Assembly (NCBI RefSeq): GCF_001194135.2
Contig: NC_068994.1
Location: forward strand, 12,032,283 to 12,075,647
Origin: Octopus bimaculoides
Taxonomy: Eukaryota
Direction of reading: 5' to 3'
DNA length: 43,365 nucleotides
Shown here: one piece after another, positions 11,282-22,835 of the stretch
How the letters are laid out: each line of letters starts with the position of its first letter
Numbering within the stretch: position 1 is the first letter of the stretch
Notes under the pieces: generated by a model
What the model was told of the DNA's origin: nothing
The model's database searches: none
Seen by the model: only the letters and a program-made list of their open reading frames with translations
Program-made: the position numbers and the translations under genes

Positions 11282-14200
11282 TTAACGAAACCACGTTACA
11301 GATTTTCCGGTTTCTTTTTTCCGTTGTTGAAAAGAATTGTTTTTTGTTTAACAGAAGGCTAGAATTCCTTTTTTTTTTTTCCTCTTCGTAAGCACCCCAC
11401 CCTCACATCATTCAAGACCTGAATGGAAGATGGAGGGAGAAAGCCAAAGGCAACTTTAAAATGCAACAGGAGGTGGAGTTGGTGATACCGTCTAAACCAG
11501 CAGCAGTGGTAATTGCATTAGTTAATAGTAATAATAATAATACTGCTACTAAAAGCAGAAATAAATAGTAGTGGTTAGTAACGGAAGTAGTTAGAACTAA
11601 TAGAAAAATTTATATTAGTAGGGTTGTTTTCTGTTTTGTTTTGTTTTTTCTTGGTAGTTCTAATAGTAGCAAGTATATTTGTTTTCTTTCTAAATAGGCG
11701 TGAAGTCTCGCATTCTTAGATGAGAGGAAAATGGCAAATTTATAGCATTCGGCGATTTGCCAAAAGGCTTCTCTGACTGAAGACAGGTTTTGACTAGGAT
11801 TAGCAAAAGCTGGATCGCAGAGTCGGTTAGTCGTCAAGTTTACTGCTGCACAACCACCACGCAAAATAAGGATTTCTCCTCAACTAATGTTGCATAAAGC
11901 CTTTTATTTTGTTGGCTTTTGCTTCATATATATACATATAGATATATACATATATTAAGTGATGTGGTGAGCCGGGCTTAATCGAGACTTAATACATTGC
12001 TGACAGTAAATTTAAACAGTTAAAATGAAATTTAACAAGAGAAAAAATGACACCTTAACCTTAGTCACGGGTTTATAAAAACCATGAAATCAGTGATACA
12101 TTTAACCCCAGTTTCAAAAGTGCATATTCTACAATGTAGAATCGTATTTATTAAACATTAATTTCAAACATATAAAAAAAATATCAGAATAAAGACTAAT
12201 CTGTAATGTTAGGCGATCTTTTACTAATAAGCGGTTTATTATGATATTTAAAAAGTCTACATACGTTTTCCGAAATACTTTAAGGGGGTATGTATACGCC
12301 GATTCATAGCAAACTTCAGTGTTCTGTTGTCATTTACACAAGAAAACAAATAAAATGACACCTTAGAATATCTAAGGTGACTTGGATGAAAATATTAAAA
12401 GCTAGGGGCCTAATGAGGTGTGAATGAATCGTTCATGCAAGAAAAAGCGCAATTATTTCTCTTGAGCATACAAACACAATGCAGCGATCCAGCAATAATT
12501 CCTGTTATCATAATCATCATTAATTATTTCGATATAACAAACTTTAAAAATATAAACAATTACAGCTAATATTACATGTAAAGATTCCTAAATTATTATA
12601 AAGATTTTATGCGTATTTATTTTGTTAATTATAACAATAAACAACTAATTGTTAAGGATCTACTAATTAATATCGACACTTTAATTCCATATAACAAAAT
12701 AAAAAAAAAAAAAGAAACAGCTTAATGACAAATAACTGCTAATCAGATCACAACAATAACAACGATAAAATGAAATGATAAAAATAAGAAATAATAATAA
12801 AATGTCTGTGAACCTCGGCAGCGTGGTAGACGGCTTCGAATCGCGACATGGACAATCCAGGCAAGCAAACCATTCTTATCTACCGAAATCGGCTGCTTTT
12901 TGCAATGCTGGTTCTGATTTGTAAAATGGGCGAAAAAGCAGTGGCAAGTGATGCAACAGTTAAAGGAGACTGCATAGTAGTTTTATAATATTCAGTGATG
13001 AAACCTCCAGCATCACCATCACCCACCTACTCTCCTTCTCTCTCTCTCTCTCTCGCTCTTTCTCATCACGTCGCCTGAGAGAAAGGACGAACAAATGCAC
13101 AGGCACGCGCACAGAAGCGCGCGCACACATACAAACACACGCTTACAAAGAAACAGACTGAAATCCATCCGCGCCCTTCCATCATCACAATCACAACCAG
13201 CAGCTTCAAACAAACACTCCGTCGCCAAAGAGAAAGAAAGCACGTACGTGTGCGTGCGAGTGCGAGTGCGCGCTCGCACACAAACACACAACCCTATTAC
13301 ATACACATTACATATGGATGCATATGTGCACACACATATCCTAACACACGCTTAAACACACCTAACTAAACCTAGACCTTAAATCGCGAGCGCGTAAATC
13401 TTAAACACACGCACTTACACTATATATATATATATATCTACTATCAAGTGTAAAAGCTTTATTAAAGTCACTAATGCCTGTTGCGAGGAAATGCATGGCC
13501 AACACAACTTCCCACTGTGCATTTACCAATAAATAGCTCAAATAGTTTCAAGCATATCATACGAAGGATTATTATCGAATTTACACTATTACTATCAGTA
13601 GTAGTATTGAAATTATTTTTATTATGTATGCGTTTCGTGCATTCATATATACACACATGCACATTTATTTGTATGGTATTGTTTTTAAAATAAACCGCGA
13701 TTTTTTTTTCTTTCAGAAGTGGGGGGGAGGTTCGGAAGTATGTCTTCGTTTGTCCTTGTGACAGCTAAAAGATTATTAGCATCATCACTATTGTACAGTG
13801 CGAACTACTTAACGTGCAGCCATCACCTCTTGCACCGCACAACCACCTACTCTTCTCTCTCTATCTCTATCTCTCCATATAATAGTTTTTTGTTTTGTTT
13901 TGTTTTTTTAACCTATTGAAATCTCATCGATCACATAAATATCGACAGAAAGTAAAAAGACTGAAAGAGAGAGAGGAGAAGAAATATTAGTTGCAAACCG
14001 TTTTCCTCTAAAAGGTGGAAGAAATACAGACGGAAGATGAAGGAAAGAAAAAAAAATCCTTAATATCTACATCAGCTGAAGCAGTACATTCGTACGAACA
14101 GATATCAGATATATGCTATGAATGAGTGAATGAAAAACTACACCTAAAGCGGCGATGGGTTAATTGGAATATATATTTTTCCTTCTTCTTTCCTTCAGAT

Positions 14201-14464
14201 TCTTCAAATCATTGAAAATAAAAACGAGTAATCTTTAATAATTTATCATAATGATGTAAAGAGAGGAGTAGGGAAATGAGGGAAAAGATAAAGAAAGAAA
14301 AGACAGGCAAAAAGGGAGGAAAGAGAAAAATGCAAAGTAAAACGAAAATAAGAAAATGAAAAGAGAGAAGGCGAAAAAGATGATGCGAACGACAGAGAAA
14401 ATAGCAAAGGGGGAAAATGAAAGAGAAAAGGAGGGAAGAAAGCTAAACAGGAACAAAAGAAAAT

Positions 14465-14670
14465 AAGTTATTGTTTAACCCCCAAATCAGCTTTGATCGA
14501 GCAGACAGATCTATGCTCAAAGGTTTCTAGTCGTGGCAATCCCATTTTCTTTTCAGACAATATATTTAGGATTACATTTTCCGATGTAACTTCCCGTCTT
14601 TCAAAGATGACAGAATGTGCTTTGGGGAATATTCAGCTGCTGTTTCTGGCAGGTCGAGAGCGATCACACT
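14465..14670 (-). repeat. Family C repeat
   Basis: TTGATCGAGCAGACAGATCTATGCTCAAAGG...CAGCTGCTGTTTCTGGCAGGTCGAG. Confidence 0.65.
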
Positions 14671-14689
14671 TTGGAAAGTGAAAAGACTG

Positions 14690-15330
14690 AAGGTTTAAAA
14701 TGTAGAGAAAAGAAATAAAAGGTGAAGGGAATGTGATGAAGAGAAGAAAGAAATTAAGAGGAAAGTGGAGACGGAAAAGGAGATAAAAAGAGGGGAATAC
14801 GGAGAAAAGGCAAAGAGAAGTTGAAGAAAAAGAATGCAGGAAAAAAGTACAAGAAAGAGGGCTGTGAAAAGATGAAAATCTCAGGGAAAAGGAAATGAGA
14901 AATAGAAAGGAAAGAAGGAATAAAAAGGACAATTGACAAAGAAAGAATAAAGAGAGAAGAGATCGAAGGACGATGGATAGGAAAGCGGAGGAGAGAAGAG
15001 TAGTGAGGAGGAGGAGGAGGCGGAGGGAAAGAGACAGAAGGAGGAGGTAAGAGGCACAGGAGGACGAAGTAAGAGGCGCAAGAGAGGAGGAGAGGAAGGA
15101 GATGGAACAAGAAGAGATAGTGGAAACAGATAGAAAAGTGGGTAGAAGAAAAGCGAAAGAATAAAATAAAAACATTTGTAGAAAGTGGCTGAAAAGGCAG
15201 AAACGAAAGACTAAAAGAGACATTTATAATATATATTTAGGAGTGAGGAAAAAAAATTAGAACAGAAACGAATATGAAAACCTGCAAGAGAAAACAAAAA
15301 CAAAAAAAAAGACAAAAGAAAGAAGGGGAG
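14690..15330 (+). repeat. Polypurine low-complexity tract
   Basis: About 600 bp of almost pure A/G with (GAG)n and (GAA)n-like runs. Similar tracts lie at ~2960-3290, 10630-10880 and 14270-14460. Confidence 0.85.
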
Positions 15331-15486
15331 GTAGTCGTAGTCGTTTGTCTGCTAGAGTCTTTTGGAAGGAGGGGAAACAAGTTTACTTTAGATGGGGAAA
15401 TTGGTGTGCGACGAGCTGTGCAGGTCAATGACTTATCGACATAGTTTTCAAACTGATGCACTATACCAGGCATTTGTAATAGTATT

Positions 15487-15830
15487 ATGTTGATGATGTT
15501 TAGCCATAAGTCGGCCCCGATCGAGCAAAGGCATTTCTAAACATGACCATCTTGTCATTCTTTGTATATCCCTGGCTGACGTTTGGTTTAATTCTTGTTG
15601 TTTTTTAGGCGATTAGGGTTGCTATTTTGAAATAAATTTTGTCTGCTATTTTTAGCAAGTGAGCGCCACGGGTCAGCCCTGATTAGCATTCCAAACATGA
15701 CCATCTCGTTCTTTTTCTATATCATTGTCCAACGTGTTTTCTATTTAAACGGTTAGGTTCGCTATTTGAAATAAATTTGTCTGCTATTTCCAGCTGATCG
15801 AGCGACTGCATAGAAATTCCCTCGTTGGCT
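15487..15830 (-). repeat. Two tandem family C copies
   Basis: CATTTCTAAACATGACCATC and CATTCCAAACATGACCATC, each followed by GAAAATAAATTTTGTCTGCTATTT or GAAATAAATTTGTCTGCTATTT, ~150 bp apart. Confidence 0.65.
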
Positions 15831-16670
15831 CGAGTAATTAGCATTATTAATTAGTGTCAGTGGAAAGCAGAATCGGTAAAAGCTCCGGAGAAACCATCTC
15901 GTTGTTTTGTCAGGCTTGCAAACGATTCTGCCAACTCGCCACCTTAACAAACAACAACACCGCCACCACCACTACCAAATCAATTTATCAGATTTAATTA
16001 AACCTTTAGTAATAGTGCCTTTGGAGAGTTAAGGAGGGAAATCAGTCACTGACGAAATCCTAACAGTATGGAAACTGGCTGGTCTCATTTTCCTGTCCAC
16101 ATTGATATTGTATATAGATATAAGGAAAGGTGGATGCACACAATGTTTACCAAAATCTTTAGATATACTCCATCCATCCATTTTTGCCACCCACCATTCC
16201 TAAGAGGTTCAATGGGAAAGAGTCTTCAGACACCATCATCACTGTTTCTTACTGGATTCCCAAGTATGACCAAACTAAGACTATGGATATTATCCAACTA
16301 TCTTGCTCATGGTCTCCTGCCAGTTAGTTCAGCTTGAAAAATCTATTTTGCAATCCTTTCTTGTGGCATTCTAACTACCCAGCCCCATTTTTTTTTTTTC
16401 ACCACCCATATTCAAGGAAGGGAATGGGGGTAGAGTCCTCAAGTATCTCCTCCATGGAACAACCATCGTTACCCTTTCCTGCCGGATTCCCAAGTATGAC
16501 CCAACTGAAACCATAGATTTTATACTCTACACAAGACAGCATTCAAACAAACACATGCCCTGATAATGTTTAAAAGTACCAAAAAGAAAATCCAGTGCCA
16601 GTGCGCACACTGTTATGCAAATCAGACAAATTAATCTAATGGAATCCAACTTTGTACACACTATAAATAG

Positions 16671-17120
16671 ATCATCATCATCATCGTTTAACGTCCGCTT
16701 TCTATGCTAGCATGGGTTGGACGATTTGACTGGGGACTGGCGAACCAGAAGGCTACACCAGACTCCAATCTGATCTGGCAGAGTTTCTACAGCTGGATAC
16801 CCTTCCTAATGTCAACCACTCCGAGAGTGTAGTGGGTGCTTTTTACGTGCCACCGGCACGAGGGCCAGTCCAGCGGTACTGGCAACGGCCATGCTCAAAT
16901 GGTGTTTTTTACATGCCACCTGCACAGGAGTCAGTCCAATGTTTAGTTCACATGCCACTGGCACTAGTGCCAGTAAGGCGAAGCTGGAAACGATCGCACT
17001 CAAATGATGCTTTTTACATGCCACCAGCACGGAAGCGAGACCACTGCTCTGACAGTGAGCCTGCTCGGATGGTGCTGTTAGCACTCCACTGGCACGGTTC
17101 AGTTTCGATCTCACTTGCTC
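16671..17120 (-). mobile_element. Family B 3' region, young copy with an expanded internal repeat array
   Basis: (ATC)n tail, GTTTCTACAGCTGGATACCCTTCCTAATGTCAACCACT, then repeated GGTGCTTTTTACGTGCCACCGGCACG-like units. Confidence 0.8.
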
Positions 17121-17535
17121 CATATAAAAATTAAATTACTCTATAAACATGACAAACCTAGAAACTAGTCAGATTAACTCCTTTTGTGCACAAAGTGATA
17201 CAAAATCCTGTAGTGTACCTACTTGGTTTACTTTCTGAAGGTAGTTGTATGCATATTAACACAAAATAATGGTATTCCTTACATTTCAGATCCTTATATA
17301 AATATACCATCATACAATCACACTTGTATACACAAATAAAACTATCAGAAATATAATGTCACAATAGACAATATTTCTTTGTGCTAAGGATTTTTAGTAA
17401 AGAACTTAATGAATACAAAACAGATAATGGACAGAATCAACAACTCTTGAAAAGGTTGCAAGACGCAACGAAAATTTTAGGAAAAATAAATAAGTAAATG
17501 AGTGGAAACTTTACCGGTGAGTGTGTTAAATAATA

Positions 17536-17660
17536 AGGTTGATTTTGCCTTTCATCCTTTCGGGGTCGTTAAATTAAGTACCAGTTGCATACTGGAGGCG
17601 ATCTAATCGACTGGCCCCCTCCCCAAAAATTTCGGGCCTTGTACCTGATGTAGAAAAGAA
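17536..17660 (+). mobile_element. SINE family N 3' half
   Basis: TTTGCCTTTCATCCTTTCGGGGTCGTTAAATTAAGTACCAG...TCCCCAAAAATTTCGGGCCTTGT. Confidence 0.85.
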
Positions 17661-17904
17661 TGTTTTGATCATGTAATTTGCATTGTGTAGCTAAAAAAAA
17701 AAAAAAAAAAATCACCTTATGTCAATGAAACCTATGAAAGATGGTGAACCAAATCTCTTTTAGACAATCACACGTTTTTACTTTATAACACATAAACCCA
17801 GGATTCATTATTATAATATATGAACATGAACACTCAGGGTTCTAAACATCGGTTATTTGTACAAAGTTAAGGTTTAAGTTGCACAGGACAGCTAGAGATG
17901 TATG

Positions 17905-18295
17905 TGTGTATGATAAGAAGTTTGCTTCCCTAACACATGGGTCCAGTTTCAGTCCCACTGTGTGACACCTTGAGCAAGTGTCTTCTATAACCTTGGGCCA
18001 ACCAAAGCCTCTGTTCACTCATACCTTAACCACTCTATTCCCTTTTATCCTCAAATAAAGTTCCTCCCTCCCCACTTGGGGGTCCATAATATCACAAGCT
18101 GCATGGTAACCTCACTAGTGCTAATGGCACAAAAAAAAACCATCCAGTACATGCTATAAAATGATTGGCATCAGGAAAGGCATTTAACCATAGAAACCAT
18201 GACAAACACTGAAGCACAATGCAGTCCTTGGGCCCATTAGATCTTGTCAAATCATCCAAACCACGGAACATGGACATTAAATGATAATGATGATG
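17905..18295 (+). mobile_element. SINE family B: family A-type head joined to a GGAAGGGCATCC-type domain and (ATG)n tail
   Basis: The head matches family A (CAGTCCCACTGTGTGACACCTTGAGCAAGTGTCTT). The 3' part TGGCATCAGGAAAGGCATTTAACCATAGAAACC...GGACATTAAATGATAATGATGATG matches the reverse complements of 5535-5738 and 16671-16860. Confidence 0.7.
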
Positions 18296-19604
18296 AATTT
18301 TAAGAATCTAAAGACAATTAGATACTTGAGAATATAGAGACACTGTAATGCATATCAACATATCTGTATAGAAATATATCAATGTTGATATTTCTAATGT
18401 GAATCATGAGTATTCAGTTGTTTAATCAGCCAAACTATCAGGTTACACTGCAACATACCTAACGTCATCTCATGGAAGACCAGTGTGCCACAACATACCG
18501 GCAGCAGAGCACTGCTTTAGAGCAAGAAGTTTCTGTCATAAACTAGGAGTGATCTCATATCCTACAGACCTGCACACTCTTAATGTAATTCTCAGGCAGA
18601 ATAAGCATGAGACAGCATACATGACAAGGCTGTAGCTTAAGTATTACAGGTACAATCCATCCAATAAGCCCCCAAACAGTTTCCCCCAAACAGTTTCCAA
18701 ACCAATTTCACTCACAAGGCATAGCATGACAAGAAGCTATGGTAATGCTGCACAATGGAAATTAATTTGAGATCTCATGAGTACAAAACAAGCTTCTCAA
18801 CAGCTGATTTCCAGAAGTTTTTTTTTCCTTCACAACCTCTTCTATTATTTCCACTGACAACAGTCAGGCATCGGCAAGCTGTACTGTGCTGTTTTCTGGT
18901 TAGAAAGAGGCATAAGGCTACATGCCAGGATAGCAATATTCCTTATTTGAGTCCTCAACTCCTGATAGAGTTATAGGATTGCAATCATAACAGCATATCT
19001 TGGGCATTTTAAACTTGGTAGACTTCATCCCTCTCCAAGTTGACTACCGCTGGATTTCCTCCAGAAAGAAAGCAAGTGAAGGAACGACAGGCAGAAGGAA
19101 AAGAATCAACCGTATATAGGACTAGTGTTTTATTGCCCCTGAAATGGTAAAAAGCAAAGCCGATCTGGAAAGAATGAAAGTCAAAGCTGACCTTGAAAGC
19201 ATGAAAGGCAAAGCTGACCATAGTATGATCTGAAAAAGTGCAGAGAGCTTGAACAAATGCCACAAGGCAATCAACACTATCAAGTTTGCCAATTTGTAAG
19301 AAATGCTAACTAGATTATACCCAGCTCCCCCTTTAAGAAATTAGATTACACCTAGCTTTCTTCTTAAACAAACAAGATCACAGATCCAGCTTCCAATTTA
19401 TAAACAAATACGAGTAAGTGTTTTAAGCTGTATAAATTGTATATATATATATATGTGTGAGTGTTCAATTTGTATACCTAACATGTTTATGTTCACTTTC
19501 TAACTTATGTTAGTATTGTTATTTAGTCCTAGATCAAGCTGTAATGGAGAAGACATTCCAAGACTGACCATCCCATAATGTAGTCTAGGTCTCCTTCCAA
19601 CTGT

Positions 19605-19832
19605 TTAATGCTTTTGATACCAAAAAACCCCAAGACCCATCCCTAGTTTATAGCAAAAACTTCTTGTGCTACAGTGATCTAAATTAAAACCTTCCTTCAA
19701 AATTTCGCGTTAATTTGTTTCATACACCCACTTAATAATGACAAAGTTATTTTATTAAATACTTCATTATTTCCATAATTAATTGAAAGAGGCAGTATAT
19801 GTGAGCAGAAATAGGCTTATAAAAAGGTCAAG
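19605..19832. mobile_element. Degenerate second copy of the piggyBac-type MITE family
   Basis: Shares AAATTAAAACCT, CAAAGTTATTTTATTAAAT and AATTGAAA, in the same order, with 11091-11281. Termini are eroded (TTAATGCTTTTGATACC ... AAAAAGGTCAA). Confidence 0.6.
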
Positions 19833-20254
19833 ATATGAGAGAGATATAGAGAGAAATATGAGAGAAAATTTAACTTGTTATTTCTAGCATATCAAGTAAA
19901 CACCTAGAGAGACCTTACTTGGCTTTGTTTACATTTCAGATGTTCACAAAGACAAGATGACTCCAATAAGTAACTAGTACTACCCACAAAAATTCCAGTA
20001 TTATTTTGAAAACTCCTCCACATCGTTTTCATTTTTTTCAACAAATTTGTTCCGATTTCTGGGTATTTTTGCTTGTTTGTTTTTTTGTTTTTTGTTTGCT
20101 TGTTTTATTTTATTTTATTTTATTTTTTTACCCCTTTCCACTGAAAAATTTTGTCACCATAATAATGGTTTCTAATTTAAGCAAATAAAGCCCAGAAATT
20201 TTAAGCGAAGTGGGTTAACCACTACCACCCACCACCTCAGTACACTGTAGTAGT

Positions 20255-20335
20255 TTTTATGTTGTCAACCCCGAAAGGATGAGAAGAAGCAAAGTGGACT
20301 TCAGTGGAATTTTAACCTAGAACGTAAAGAAACGA
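20255..20335 (-). mobile_element. SINE family N central fragment
   Basis: CAACCCCGAAAGGATGAG...GCAAAGTGGACTTCAGTGGAATTT. Confidence 0.65.
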
Positions 20336-20869
20336 GAATGTTCACCACATTAATGAAAACGGAGAGGCAGGGGGGGGTGTATGTAGGAGAAACAAGTGGA
20401 ACAAGTGGGCGGAAACAAATTCGCAATCTGATGTTTCAAACATCCGGGGATAAAAAAAAAATCAAAACAGGTCAAAAGTGGAAAAATTACAAAAGGGGAT
20501 AGGAATAAAAATTGAAATTTTGGAAGACCTTCCCCCTCCCCCCAAGAATTCTTCCGACTTTTTTGGGGGAAAATGTAAAAGTTGTTTCGAACTCCAGAAT
20601 CATGTTAAATTCCTTCCATTGATACAAAATCAATGGCAAATTTTTCTATAATATTTTCCTGCTATTGTACAACTATGCTGGTAACGTTTTAATGATTCTT
20701 AACACTGTATCAACAGCCTTATTTTTTTTTATATTGAAGAAAAGTGCATGTAGCTAGACTCGAACCCACAGTTCACCTGGTGAACGCAGTTACAGTAAAC
20801 TGCACCACAGCGCACTGAGCTGTGAATTCTAAACGAAGGGTGGAAAAAAAATCCTATAGGGCGGAGTTT

Positions 20870-21066
20870 GGATCTTGTTAAATTTCCTCCAACCACTTGA
20901 ACTATTTCAAATATTCACCAGATTATTTTTCAAAAATTGTACTTTTTGCATGCTTATGCCGAAAAATCGCATTCATTATTTCTAGAAATTAATAATAAAG
21001 AATGTTACACCAGTGAAGAAAATTTGGAAAACTTCAAATGGCAGGAAGAAATTTTTAACAAGATCC
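20870..21066. mobile_element. Unclassified MITE with ~50-bp imperfect TIRs, copy 1
   Basis: GGATCTTGTTAAATTTCCTCCAACCACTTG at left versus the reverse complement of the right end, GGATCTTGTTAAAAATTTCTTCCTGCCATTTG. No clean TSD. Confidence 0.55.
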
Positions 21067-21289
21067 TAATATTTGTTTAAAGTCTTACATACGTAGACTG
21101 TAACTAAATAATATAGATTTTAACCAACTCCAGCGAATTATCTTAGTTCTTGTGCACTAGGTTAACATATACGTGCGCGCGCATGTCTACGAATGCGCGG
21201 GTTTCTCAGCCGATAAGGAACCAAACAATCGAAAGAAGTCAGTGGTTCGTTTTCACAGCAAACACACTTAAAAGCTGCCGATGTTGTTG

Positions 21290-21740
21290 ATTAGTGCCAG
21301 GTCAACCATAAATGAAGCAAATCTACGATCAAAGACATTCCAGCAGTAACAATCACCTACCCACCCACTTTTTTTTTTTTTGCAATATCTAATGCGTCCT
21401 TTTCGTTTTTTTTAAGACGGTATAAAGATTTTGTTAAATTTCTTTCAACCACTTGTATTTCAAAATTTTTCCAGATCGTTTTTTTTTTTAAACTTAGTTT
21501 TGAAAATAAACTGAACTTGTAAGTTCTTTATTAATTTCAAAAGAAAAAAAAAACTGAACCCCATTTTCGTCAACAGCATGCAAAAACTACATCGGAATTA
21601 CATTTTTTAAAAACAATTTGGTGAAAATTTGAAAAAATCCCAGATGGTTAAAAGAAATATAACAAGATAACCAGTAGAATGAATTTGAAGGCGATTTAGC
21701 TGCTATTTTGAAAGACCAAAAGCTCTCCATAGAAACTCCA
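21290..21740 (-). repeat. Family C repeat interrupted by a MITE
   Basis: GATCAAAGACATTCCAGC...AAGACGGT [MITE] GATTTAGCTGCTATTTTG. Confidence 0.55.
21427..21668. mobile_element. Unclassified MITE, copy 2, nested in a family C repeat
   Basis: Left end GATTTTGTTAAATTCTTTCAACCACTTG and right end (reverse complement) ATCTTGTTATATTTCTTTTAACCATCTGG resemble each other and copy 1. Family C sequence continues on both sides. Confidence 0.5.
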
Positions 21741-22244
21741 CCGATGACTGGAAAAAAATAGCACTGAATTTTTTTCGGAGGCAACAACAATACGCTGAAA
21801 TACATCGATCGAGCCTACAAGGGAACTTGTACGCGGTTTTCTTGGCTAACGAGAAATAGCTAAATTCCCTTCAGGTCACACTACTTCCTTACACAAGCAC
21901 AGGACACATTAGATATGTAGCCTGATATAGTCCTAAAGTGAAAGGTTGGCCTAGTTCGATAACTAGCAGTTGGGACCTCATTGATAAAGAGTTCTGATTA
22001 AAAGTGACTCGATGGAAAACACTATAACACCCAATATAAAAAAAAAAATTAAAATAGACTTTGTAAAACGTAACTCAGACAAAAAGTAAACACCACGAGA
22101 GAATGAAGTTTAGACATAATCGTGTAGTTAAATCCACTTCGCTATAATTTGTTTCTGGTACTGACCCCACAGCTTGGCAATTTTCTACCGAAGTTTTATG
22201 GGTGATATTTTGGTAAATGAAAATCGTGTTAGATAGATAACATG

Positions 22245-22375
22245 CGCGCGGATTGCAGAATCGGTAGAATGTCAATATATCCCAAGTTCAAATCCAGTTC
22301 AGGTCGACTTTGCTTTTCTTTCTTCCGGGGCCGATGAAATAATCACCAGAGAAAAGGCTGGAGTCGATATAATCG
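22245..22375 (+). mobile_element. SINE family N fragment
   Basis: GTTCAAATCCAGTTCAGGTCGACTTTGCTTTTCTTTCTTCCGGGGCCGATGAAATAATCACCAG. Confidence 0.65.
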
Positions 22376-22496
22376 ATAAAAACTCTTACAGCAAGAGTGC
22401 AACCAATGATTGAAAACAGAAAATTTAATCTAAAATTATCTAACAAATAATCTGGAAAAATCTGCAATTCTAACAACAATCTAGAATATGGGAAGC

Positions 22497-22619
22497 AATA
22501 TGTAATTTACGGCGGAGGTAAAAAAAAAAATACGTACATCGCCCGTTTTCGGCGTAACAAAAACCCTAACCCTAAACACCGGGAGTACGTATTCTTTACT
22601 TTTGCCTAATTTACATATT
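22497..22619. mobile_element. ~120-bp inverted-repeat element with a telomere-like (CCCTAA)2 core
   Basis: Left arm AATATGTAATTTACGGCGGAGGTAAA...AATACGTAC versus right arm (reverse complement) AATATGTAAATTAGGCAAAAGTAAAGAATACGTAC, flanking AAACCCTAACCCTAAAC. Confidence 0.5.
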
Positions 22620-22659
22620 AAATATATATACTGTATAAGCTTGACAAACGAGTCGATGA

Positions 22660-22835
22660 GGAAGTCTACGTGGCCGCTAGAGTGTTAGAAATAGCAGTCA
22701 AAACTATACCATCATAAGGGAGAACAGCGGACAATGTAGTCCTAGATATTATGCCTGAAAATAAAGACGAGATGGACCCGAATAGAAAACCTTTTGATCA
22801 TAACCAGTGATCGAAGCTGAACTAGGACTAAATGC
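22660..22835 (+). repeat. Family C repeat
   Basis: TTAGAAATAGCAGTCAAA...GGACAATGTAGTCCTAGAT...CCTTTTGATCAT. Confidence 0.6.

Noticed and set aside
14633-15223. 196-aa Leu/Ser/Phe-rich ORF resembling a membrane protein
   Set aside because: Translation of the antisense strand of a polypurine tract, which lacks stops by composition. The same applies to 10528-10875 and 14235-14456.
16835-17096. CRISPR-like repeat-spacer appearance
   Set aside because: Eukaryotic SINE context, degenerate repeats, irregular spacing and no cas genes. Kept only as a SINE-internal array.
20745-20825. tRNA-like A/B boxes on the minus strand
   Set aside because: No cloverleaf or acceptor stem can be built; more likely a decayed SINE head. 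The same holds for all SINE heads here, so no tRNA gene is called.
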